Assembly: GCA_038134595.1 (NCBI GenBank)
Contig: JAYPVM010000011.1
Span: 26,694-90,693 of the forward strand
Origin: Pseudomonadota bacterium
GTDB taxonomy: Bacteria; Bdellovibrionota_C; UBA2361; OMII01
DNA: 64,000 nt
Direction of reading: 5' to 3'
Below are positions 9,010 to 18,200 of the stretch, one piece after another (the stretch's first letter is position 1; the number at the start of each line of letters is the position of its first letter). The position numbers and the translations under genes are program-made. The notes beneath the pieces are model-generated. The model had not been told where the DNA came from. It saw only the letters and a program-made list of their open reading frames with translations, and searched no databases.

Positions 9010-9576
9010 ATGAAACAAACTGATCAGCAAGTAAATCTTTTAAAACTTCTTGAGGATTTCAGAAAAAGCGTTCCCGCTCTTGCAAATGAAACTACGCGCG
9101 TTATAGAGCTTGTCTCAACCATACCCACATGTGCTAACCGAGCTAATTTTTCTCCAGGGCACCTTACGGGCTCAGCCTGGATCGTAAATGGTAGGGGCGA
9201 TAAAGTTATACTGTTACGTCACGCCAAGTTAAATAAATGGTTACAGCCCGGAGGGCACGCTGATGGAGACTTTAATCTGCACAGAGTGGCTCTCAGGGAG
9301 GCGCAGGAAGAAACTGGGTTAAGATCTTTACATAGTATAAGCTCCAATATATTTGACCTCGATATTCATACCATACCAGCTTTTAGGAATGAGCCTTCAC
9401 ACTTTCATTTCGATGTGAGATTCGCTTTTAGAGCTGCGGAGGAAGAGCCCTTCGTAAGATCTTCGGAATCTAAGGATATCACTTGGGCACCGCTTGACAA
9501 TTTACAGGTCTTAACATCAAATCCTGCTATTCATCGAATGCAGAAACACTGGGCAAAAATCGCGGACAACCATTAA
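9010..9576 (+). CDS. Nudix hydrolase
   Basis: GHLTGSAW, WLQPGGHADG...ALREAQEETGL Nudix box, DLDIHTIP...HFHFDVRF. Confidence 0.9.
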   Translation: MKQTDQQVNLLKLLEDFRKSVPALANETTRVIELVSTIPTCANRANFSPGHLTGSAWIVNGRGDKVILLRHAKLNKWLQPGGHADGDFNLHRVALREAQEETGLRSLHSISSNIFDLDIHTIPAFRNEPSHFHFDVRFAFRAAEEEPFVRSSESKDITWAPLDNLQVLTSNPAIHRMQKHWAKIADNH

Positions 9577-9625
9577 CGAGAACATTAATCACGCAGGACA
9601 TTGTCGAGCCTCTTTTCTTCGTGTT

Positions 9626-10144
9626 TTACTTCTTGGCTTCTAGTGCGACACCATAATCTCTGATGATGCGCTTAGTCTCGGCAGACATTCTCAATCCACG
9701 CAAGTCAGCCTCGTTGGGGGTTATTAACCGGTATTCCGAATGCTCTGACGGATTTAGTGAAATTTGCCCCGAGTAATCGTCTACTACAAAGTTAAATTGC
9801 CGTGCGAGTTTGCCCGAGTTTGTCCGATAATCGAAGGTACCCGCATAGGCTGAGATTCGGCGAACCGCAAGCGAAGTCTCTTCTAGCACCTCTCGGCTAA
9901 GTCCCGACAGTAAATCTTCCCCATTTTCAACATGCCCACTCGGAATCTCGAAAACATCTCGCATAAAGTCCTCGGTAGGCGCCCGCTTCACAATGAGGAC
10001 TCGATTTTCCATTGCGATAATTGCCCCTGCTAAGATTTTACTTACCCCATCAGATTTGGCATCGTGCACTAGTTGGTCGAAAAATTCCGGCGCAATGAGA
10101 GATTCGATTCCGGCAACTGAGTGCCTTTGCATATTAGGTCCCAT
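9626..10144 (-). CDS. Nudix hydrolase, last gene of the kinase-oxidoreductase-aminotransferase operon
   Basis: PSGHVENGEDLLSGLSREVLEETSL Nudix box; LNPSEHSEYR; 2 nt from the aminotransferase stop. Confidence 0.9.
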   Translation of the reverse strand: MGPNMQRHSVAGIESLIAPEFFDQLVHDAKSDGVSKILAGAIIAMENRVLIVKRAPTEDFMRDVFEIPSGHVENGEDLLSGLSREVLEETSLAVRRISAYAGTFDYRTNSGKLARQFNFVVDDYSGQISLNPSEHSEYRLITPNEADLRGLRMSAETKRIIRDYGVALEAKK

Positions 10145-10146
10145 AA

Positions 10147-11418
10147 TTAAATCCCCTCCGTCATAAAATCTCTTGGCGAATCCTCAACTGCCCGACATAC
10201 TTTTTCCAATCCACTGCAATATCCTTCCACTATGGCCGATTCATCATCAAAAGCCCAGACTGGAAGCTTAATGGCCTTACGAAAGAAATCGTATGCACCT
10301 GGAAATTGCGACGAATAGGGCAGCCCATCGCTTGACTCGATCCTCCTAGACCGAGAGCAAAATAGTGGAAAATCGGGCAATGGTCTCGTCGAGCCTGGTC
10401 TGTCCGCCTCTATAAGACCCTCATGGTGCAGCGCTCGAAAAAATTGCTGCACAGTCACACCGTTCGCAGCATGCTCTTTAAATTTAAAAACGTATGCGTA
10501 CCAACTCGGATGCTTAACAATTGTCGAGTAGATCGGCAACTCTATGAATGAAAATCGTGACAATATTTCGCTAAACCAAGCGGCGTAACGGCGCTTGGTA
10601 GAAAGAACCCGTGGCAACTGACGAAACTGTTGAAGGGCCATCGCTATAGCGAGGGGATGCGCCCGATGCTTAAGACCGAAGCCGGTGGTAGCGAGCTCGT
10701 ACAACGGATGACTAGAGGGAATCGTTTTTTTTGCCCGATTGTTGTAATGACCAAGCAAAGTTGCTCTATAATACAGTTCGGCATCATCTGTTAGCAGGAT
10801 TCCTCCTTCGCCTCCACTCACTAATTTTTGACCTTGCAAACTAAAGGCAGCCGCATGAGATTGTGCACCAACGGGCCGACCCCTATAAAGTGCGCCGTGG
10901 GCATGTGAGCAATCTTCAAGGAGCATAAGGCTGTGCTTATCACAAAGTGCGGCTATCTCATCTATATCGCAAGGAATTCCCCACATGTGCGTTATCATTA
11001 CTGCGCGGGTCTTTGGTGAAATATGCTTCTCAATCGCCTTCGGATCAATGTTTCCGTCAGCCCCACAATCGCAAAGGACCGGTATAGCTCCGAGGGAGAA
11101 GAGAGGGCTAGCCGTGGCAAAAAAAGTATAAGCTGGGCAAATCACCTCGTCCTCCGGCTCAATAGGTACGCCAAAAAACATCGCCTGAATCGAGTTTGTG
11201 CCTGAATTATTTAGAAGGGCATAGCGACGGCCATGGAACCCCGCAAATTCATCCTCGAACGTTTGAAAAATCCCGCTACGGTCATAGATAGAAACTGTCT
11301 CTCGAAGTTGTTTAAGCACCACCGCCTCGGTATTACTCGTGATACGAGGCCAGGTATAGTGGGGACCCTCTGATAGGATACTCGGAGTCCCACCAGCGAT
11401 GGCCAATTTATGCTGCAT
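10147..11418 (-). CDS. DegT/DnrJ/EryC1/StrS family PLP-dependent aminotransferase
   Basis: NSGT, PAYTFFAT, THMWG, LEDCSHAHGA, FSLQGQKLVSGGEGG (PLP Lys). Confidence 0.93.
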   Translation of the reverse strand: MQHKLAIAGGTPSILSEGPHYTWPRITSNTEAVVLKQLRETVSIYDRSGIFQTFEDEFAGFHGRRYALLNNSGTNSIQAMFFGVPIEPEDEVICPAYTFFATASPLFSLGAIPVLCDCGADGNIDPKAIEKHISPKTRAVMITHMWGIPCDIDEIAALCDKHSLMLLEDCSHAHGALYRGRPVGAQSHAAAFSLQGQKLVSGGEGGILLTDDAELYYRATLLGHYNNRAKKTIPSSHPLYELATTGFGLKHRAHPLAIAMALQQFRQLPRVLSTKRRYAAWFSEILSRFSFIELPIYSTIVKHPSWYAYVFKFKEHAANGVTVQQFFRALHHEGLIEADRPGSTRPLPDFPLFCSRSRRIESSDGLPYSSQFPGAYDFFRKAIKLPVWAFDDESAIVEGYCSGLEKVCRAVEDSPRDFMTEGI

Positions 11419-12454
11419 AATTTAAGCCCCCCTCTCCGGTACCAGTTTTAAGATTGATTAAATCAGATGTATGGTTATTTGCTGAAAAGTAAAGGCTATC
11501 AATCAGAGCTAAATGTTCAAGGTGTTCGACGGCAAAGTTGGTACTCTCCCCAGATGGCTCTCTAACTGCAGCGCAAAAAGCCCTCCACTGATTTTTCAGC
11601 GCTTGCTGCCAACTCTTACTCTTGGCAATCTCCACCCGTACAGTTCCATTTGGCTCAAAAAGCACAATTTTTTCATAATCAAACATTAGCGATCCGCGAC
11701 TTCCAAAAATTACAAGCTGATCCGACGAATATGGTGCTACCCGCGAGACCGTGACATGTGCTAAAAAGGTATTATTTGGATCTCTTGGCGTATCATAAGT
11801 TAAGCTCATCTGCATCGTATCCTCGACATCGTAATCTTGTCCTTTTCGATTCCCTATTTGCTTACGAGCAATGACTGCTTTAGGAAGCCCGAGAAACCAT
11901 ATCAGCTGGTCGATGAAATGATAGCCCATATCTAACAGGGCCCCTCCCTTAGCGGTGATAAATTTTGCTCGCCAGCCTACATCGAGTCGCTCGATGTTCT
12001 TAAGATACTGCCCTTGGACGTGGTAGATATCTCCAAGCTCTGGAATAAGGCTTCGAGCAAACCGATAAGCAGGATCGAATCGACGTTGCGTGGATACCAT
12101 CAACAGCGTGTCGTAGAACTTACTCCATGTGGCAAACTGCGTAGCTTCGGGGAGAGAGCTCGCTAGGGGTTTCTCCTTTAGGATATGTATCCTACGCGCT
12201 AATAAGGGCTGAATAATTTCGGCGTAGTCCGAATGAGGAACCGCCACCACAGCTGCATCGAAATGCTGCTTACTCAGCATATCTTCTAGGGTCAAATATG
12301 CAGGGACTTGCAGCTGCGTTGCCATCTCTGCAGCTCTTTGCGCGTGTGTATCGCAGACACATACGACCTCGCTCTCTGGGGATTCTTGAATTACGGGAAT
12401 ATGTTCCTTGGTAGACTGCTCCCCAGCACCTACGATTGCCACCTTAAGTTTCAT
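11408..12454 (-). CDS. Gfo/Idh/MocA family NAD(P)-dependent oxidoreductase
   Basis: Rossmann VAIVGAG, AVPH, LKEKPLA, QRRFDP, GGALLDMGYHFID. Confidence 0.93.
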   Translation of the reverse strand: MKLKVAIVGAGEQSTKEHIPVIQESPESEVVCVCDTHAQRAAEMATQLQVPAYLTLEDMLSKQHFDAAVVAVPHSDYAEIIQPLLARRIHILKEKPLASSLPEATQFATWSKFYDTLLMVSTQRRFDPAYRFARSLIPELGDIYHVQGQYLKNIERLDVGWRAKFITAKGGALLDMGYHFIDQLIWFLGLPKAVIARKQIGNRKGQDYDVEDTMQMSLTYDTPRDPNNTFLAHVTVSRVAPYSSDQLVIFGSRGSLMFDYEKIVLFEPNGTVRVEIAKSKSWQQALKNQWRAFCAAVREPSGESTNFAVEHLEHLALIDSLYFSANNHTSDLINLKTGTGEGGLNYAA

Positions 12455-13227
12455 AGTTTGTTTTTAGTCAAATAAGTTATACTTTTAGCAAGAATTTCTT
12501 GTGTGACTTCTTCAATGGATAAATCGCTCACATCAATAACAACAGTGGGAAATTCCTCCGACACGTGTACGAACAGATCCTGGGTTTTGATTAAGAAGTC
12601 GCGCTGAACCTTTGATAGGGGCGGTTCACCCCGATGTTGCAAACGTTTTCCTATCATCTCGATTGGCAAAGTCAAAACTACATTGAGATCTGGAGTCCTC
12701 AATTGGGACAATACTAGATCCGCGAGCGATTTGATTGCTCCTATAGCCTCTTCGACTGGAAGTCGGCTTTTTTCACTTAGTCTTTGAGCCTGATAGGCAA
12801 CAATGGACAATAAGCCTCTATCTGATAAAAGCACGGTTTTTCCAGCAGATGGAGCAAGTATTTCCAGGGAATAAACTAGGTCGCCGAAGATCGTTATTAG
12901 ATCTGATATTGGCGTGCCTTGTTCTGGATCGAGCGAGTAAAATCTACGCTCTTGGACGATGTGCTGAAGAGTACGGCCAACGGGTGAAGATGAAAACTCA
13001 GGAATCGTCGCTGTCACTACTTCAAATCGTTGGCAAAGTTTTTGGATCGCCGCAATCTGAGTAGATTTCCCTACGGCATCTATACCCTCTATCGCTATCC
13101 ATTTATTCTCGAGCTGAGAAAAGTCTTCGCGGTAACATCCCGTTCCGCTTGGTGTGATTAGATGGGGATTCCAAGTGCTGCTTTCTTGATTATGGCTATG
13201 CAACATATTAACCCTAATTAAGTTCAT
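12451..13227 (-). CDS. Thymidylate-kinase (dTMP kinase) family nucleotide kinase
   Basis: IAIEGIDAVGKSTQ P-loop, PEFS, LSDRGLLSIVAYQ, PDLNVVL; ATGA overlap with the oxidoreductase; exact start uncertain. Confidence 0.85.
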   Translation of the reverse strand: MNLIRVNMLHSHNQESSTWNPHLITPSGTGCYREDFSQLENKWIAIEGIDAVGKSTQIAAIQKLCQRFEVVTATIPEFSSSPVGRTLQHIVQERRFYSLDPEQGTPISDLITIFGDLVYSLEILAPSAGKTVLLSDRGLLSIVAYQAQRLSEKSRLPVEEAIGAIKSLADLVLSQLRTPDLNVVLTLPIEMIGKRLQHRGEPPLSKVQRDFLIKTQDLFVHVSEEFPTVVIDVSDLSIEEVTQEILAKSITYLTKNKL

Positions 13228-13477
13228 CCATTTTCAACTGCGGAAACTTTTTTCTCTCACGAAGCAGCGTCGCCTGGCATTCAGTGACCATTATATCAAT
13301 AATCTACTATCGGTGGATAAATCGAAAAGTTTCCAGTCCACTGCGGCTGTACCAAATCTCCCTCCCTGCTAATTTCCATTTTGCAGAAACCCTCTCCTCT
13401 CGCCTCCAACAAATGGCTTACTCTGAAGGTATCGGATGGTCTAAAAAGTGCGCGCTTAATCAGCGATTATAACTTTC

Positions 13478-13880
13478 GAAAATCAATCACCCGTTATTAA
13501 TAGCTAAACTATGGTAGCAGCGCGGTCCTACCGGTTCTAACTCAGCTCAGACACCTCCATTCCCGCCCCAGCGATGCCCAAAATACCAGGTCTACCCCAC
13601 TCCATCAGAGCTTCAACGGTCGAAAGAAAACTGAAAATGTACCGTTAAGTAGTCAAAAACTGCATTACAGCTAACCGCCTTCTAATTCGTCACGCTAGGA
13701 GGGGATTTTAGAATTCATCAAAGGACAGCTCAAATGACTCGTAAAAGGGGAGTTCATCGACAGCGATCGCGAACCGATGAACTTTGGGATAGGAGAAGGA
13801 GCCTGAAGGTCTTGAATTTCTTGGGCATTCATTATGTCCTTAATGGAGTGGGCGTCTTGGATGAATGCAATGATGCGCAT
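13478..13880 (-). mobile_element. Decayed 3' fragment of an IS91/ISCR-like element
   Basis: Encodes MRIIAFIQDAHSIKDIMNAQEIQDLQAPSPIPKF, matching the transposase C-terminus at 60.6 kb; downstream noncoding part resembles the 60.9-kb end, finishing GTGATTGATTTTC vs GCGATCGATGTTC. Confidence 0.8.
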
Positions 13881-14300
13881 TTAGCAGTACATCTTCAGCT
13901 CTTCTTGAACAGTTGGAATCCTTCGTTGGAGGTCAAATCTCCCCTGTCGGGCCACGAGCTCATCCCTAGAACGACCTCTCGAGCTCTTGGCCACCGCACA
14001 TCAGCTACTTACAAAAAGGCAATTAGTTTTTCTATCCATAATTTTTCTTAATTTTACATCCGAGTATTCAAATCGAGCTACGCGCCTCAATTCATCTGGC
14101 CACTAACCTGTAGCCTGCAAATGATTCGAACTTATCTAAACAGAAAATATCTGATTTCAACTAACGCCTAAAGCAGTCTCACAGGTTATCCGGTCAAAAA
14201 ACGCCGTATTACTCTATCTTAGCTCCTCTGCCACTTGCACGGTCATAAAAGATGGAAAGGCGTTCTTTCCCGGTTTTTCCTTAGTTTTTTGAGGATATTT

Positions 14301-14738
14301 ATGGCGAAGAAGCGTAGCAATGTTGGCGCGTTTGTCGGCCAACTACGCCGTTGGAGGAAACAAAACCCAACAGGCTCAAAAAAACAGTACCTAGCGGTAC
14401 TGCGAAAGAGCCGATGGGTAGAAAAACTCAGTGATGAAGAACTTTCATCACTGGTATCCATCCACTGGCGTGCACGAAGGGTCCCGAGAATAAGACCTGC
14501 GATAAAAAAAGCTCCGGAGGTCATCTCTCAGACTCAGACTTTTTTTGAGACTGAGCCAAAACAGAGGGTGCTTTTTGCGGCAATGAACTCAGAAGAGTCA
14601 AACGCCGCACAGGTGAATGCTCTACGACAAGTAGAAGACTTACCGGCGCACCTTCGGGCAGCCGGAATAGTGAATGCGGATGGCTCGCTAAACAGGCGTG
14701 CTATCCAACGGCTTATAAACCAAGCCGTGTATACGTAG
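14301..14738 (+). CDS. Hypothetical basic protein
   Basis: GAGGA before ATG 14301 (MAKKRSNV...), Arg/Lys-rich; no family recognised. Confidence 0.55.
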   Translation: MAKKRSNVGAFVGQLRRWRKQNPTGSKKQYLAVLRKSRWVEKLSDEELSSLVSIHWRARRVPRIRPAIKKAPEVISQTQTFFETEPKQRVLFAAMNSEESNAAQVNALRQVEDLPAHLRAAGIVNADGSLNRRAIQRLINQAVYT

Positions 14739-15268
14739 CCAATCGTGCGGGAAAGAGCCAGAGGACCTCTGTTCTCTGGCTCTTCCCCCCGCACTTTGGA
14801 ACGGTTTTTACTAAAACGCCTTTCCATCGCCTTTTATCTAATTTTGAGACTCCGTTCTCATTGCGGGCAAATACGCCATTTCTACTCGGTAAAGCCTCCT
14901 AGCAGAATAAACACTACTATCAACTAGTTAGCCTGTTGGCTTCATGGCGTTATTCACGATGCCATCCGGGCACAACCCCTCGAAATCTTTTATAATCCCC
15001 TCCCCTGTTTCTCCCCATCCTACATATATATAGGGAGAAGCTTTCTGTACCAGCTACAACATCAACGTACTTTCGTTCGTTACCCCACGGCTGTTGTTGT
15101 TCATGTAGTCGCACTCTTATCCAGCCATCTGTAGCTCCACGCTCTCCTGACACGCATTACAGCAGTTACTTGAAGCATAGGAATTAACGCAAAGTGTTTG
15201 ACGATACAAAACGCGCCATTCTCGTTTTTCAAAAGTCATCAGCCCACCTGTTGGGCACGTTACCTGCT

Positions 15269-18200
15269 ATGCTCCGTTTTGCCTTCGTATGCATAGTAGC
15301 CCTAGTAATCTTCATAACTTCATCAGTCGCATTCGCCGCTACTATTACCACCGTTTCTTCAACTACCGCTGATGGGACATATACCGTAGGTGACACCGTT
15401 GAGATTCAAGTGACATTCGATGAAGCTGTCACTGTTACCGAGACACCAACACTTTCTTTAAATATTGGTGGAGTTGCTAATTATGAAAGTGGCAGCGGCT
15501 CTACGACTCTCACATTTAGATACGCTCCGGTATTAGGAGATCAAATATCTAGTCTCGATTATACAAGCACGAGTGCCCTTGGCCTTAACGGTGGAACGAT
15601 TACAACTACAGAAGATGCCCCAGCGGATCTTACGCTTCCCTCTCCCGGAACAACTGGCTCTCTTAGCTTTGGACGCTCAATTGCGATAGACGCCGTAAAG
15701 CCAACTGTCTCACTGCAAGCAAATCCTCCAACGGTAGCAAATACTCCAAACTTTTCGATTTCGATAACTTTTAGTGAAATCGTCACGGGGCTTACACCCT
15801 CTGACTTCACCGTCACAAATGGAAGTATCTCTGAGCTATCAGGTAGTGGCGCTGTATACGAAGCAAGTGTAGTAGCGACTCAAGAGGGCTCCGTCTCTGT
15901 CGTGCTACCGGCTGATTCTGTCATCGATGGTGTCTCACTCGGGAACTCGATCTCAAATACTGTCGGATTTCTCTACGATATAACGCCTCCGACAATTTCT
16001 AATATTACATCGAGCCCAACAGTAGGAGGACGAAAGGCAGGAGATACAGTTGATGTTTTAGTTCAATTCACCGAAAGTGTTTTTCTTATCGATAATCCTC
16101 CAACGCTTACCCTTGAAACTGGAGATGTTGATCGTGATGCTGTTTACATCGCAGGGAGCGGTTCTAGTGTCCTTCGCTTCCGTTATACGGTAGAAGAAGG
16201 CGATGCTTCAGAGGACCTCTCATACATCTCTCAAAATGCTCTTACTCAAATTGGCGGCTCTCTTGTAGACCAAGCCGGTAATACAGCAGTACTTACACTA
16301 CCTGTTCCCGGCGAACAGTATTCGCTATCTGCGAATTCCGATGTCATTATCGATACGATACCACCTACCGTATCGCTCTCTACTAGTCATTCAAGTAGCA
16401 CTGACTCAGATCTAATACCTATTACAATTACCTTTAGTGAAGCCGTCACGGGATTTACAGCAGATGATATCGCGGTCTCTAACGGGGCTGCTACGCTTCT
16501 CTCTGGTAGTGGAGCAAACTACACGGCATACGTAGTTCCACGAGTAAATGGTTCAGTTGTAATATCAATTCCTGCAGGAGGAGCCTTCGATCGAGCTAGT
16601 AACGGGAACGAACTTTCAGATAACCAGCTCACCTTTTCATTCTCGACAGATGGTCCCACAGTACTCGATGTATACTCGACCACACCTGATGGAGAATACA
16701 AGGCAGACAAAACAATTCTCGTGCACGTTCAATTCTCTGAGAGCGTGGTTGTCGACGGCACACCGAGAATACAACTCTCCTCAGGCAATTCAGCTTATGC
16801 CTACTACGCAGAGGGCAGTGGCACAAACACTCTCACATTCTTGTATACAGTAAGCCAAGGCGAGAACTCAGGCGATCTCGATTACGGCACGCTCCCTCCA
16901 CTTTCACTTCAGGGTGGTGCGATTCGAGACGCCGCAACTAATACAAAGGACGCTCGTTTTACCTTCGCCAAACCGGGCCGCTCAGGCTCACTTAGTGTTA
17001 GCAACAACATTATCGTCGACACGATTGCTCCCGTTGTTTCATATGTCACAGGCTCTACGCCAAACGGTGCATATCACGAAGACGAGGATATTCAGATTCA
17101 GGTGGTCTTTAGTGAAACAATCGTTATGACCGGCACTCCCTCGCTGGCACTAGAAACTGGCGCAACAGATCAGACTGCCGCGTTTACAGGTGCAAGTGGG
17201 CGAACACTATCGTTTCTCTACACCATAGTAGATGGCGATAACACTGAGCGGCTTGACTATCTTTCGTCAAATGCCTTCTCGCTTAACGATGCGATACTGA
17301 CTGACCGGGCCGGTAACATTGCGGTAGTGACACTCCCTACGACCGGCTCTAGTAATTCTTTAGCCGGCCGAAAGAACATCATAATCGATACGATTCATCC
17401 GTGGGTTGATTCGGTTAGCTCAACTCTTCCAAGCGGCCGATACAAAGCAGGAACACAGATACCTATCACAGTTTCTTTTTCAGAGACTGTAACGGTAACT
17501 GGCACTCCCCAAATTGCACTGCAGATAGGAACACGAAGCGACACTGCCTCATACACTTCGGGAAGTGGCTCGAGTACGATAACGTTTAGCTACACCGTTC
17601 AAGCAGGTGACACCACCGAAAGCCTTCGCTATATCGATTCAACATCGCTTTCCCTTGCGGGCGGAGCGATTTTTGATAGAGCTAGAAACGACGCAATCCT
17701 TCCGCTTCCTACTCCCGGCGCTAGCGGCTCGCTTAGCTTTAATAGAACACTCGCACTCGATACTGACACGCCACAAATTATTAGCGCTATATCTTCAAAA
17801 TCCCCCGGTGTATATTCAGTATCAACGACCATTCACATCGAGGTGCTATTTGATGAACCGGTTGTAGCAACGGGTACTCCAGAGATCCTCCTTAATACCA
17901 CTCCTAGTGCAGCCAAGGCTGTCTACAAGGAGGGAAGCGGAACTGATACACTTATATTTGAGTACGTCGTTGATGTAGACGAAAACTCTGCCGATCTAGG
18001 TTACATAGACTCCGATTCTCTAACACTCCCATCCGGAGCAACCATCAGAGACATCGCAGGCAACGATGCTATTCTAACCCTACCAGACAACAGCGGCGAA
18101 AATTCCCTTCAAGGACACAATGCAATCACTATCGACACCCTCGCTCCAACAGTCGTCTCTGTAACATCTGATATCGCTAATGGCTTCTATCGGGTAGGTG

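Noticed and set aside
10147..12454. Ordinary O-antigen/NDP-amino-sugar or AHBA/kanosamine genes
   Set aside because: Not excluded but disfavoured: no glycosyltransferase, nucleotidyltransferase, acetyltransferase, HAD phosphatase or sugar kinase nearby; the coupled partners are nucleotide-acting enzymes.
12451..13227. Housekeeping tmk
   Set aside because: Divergent motifs (PEFS instead of REPGG) and accessory operon context; family call kept, gene symbol withheld.
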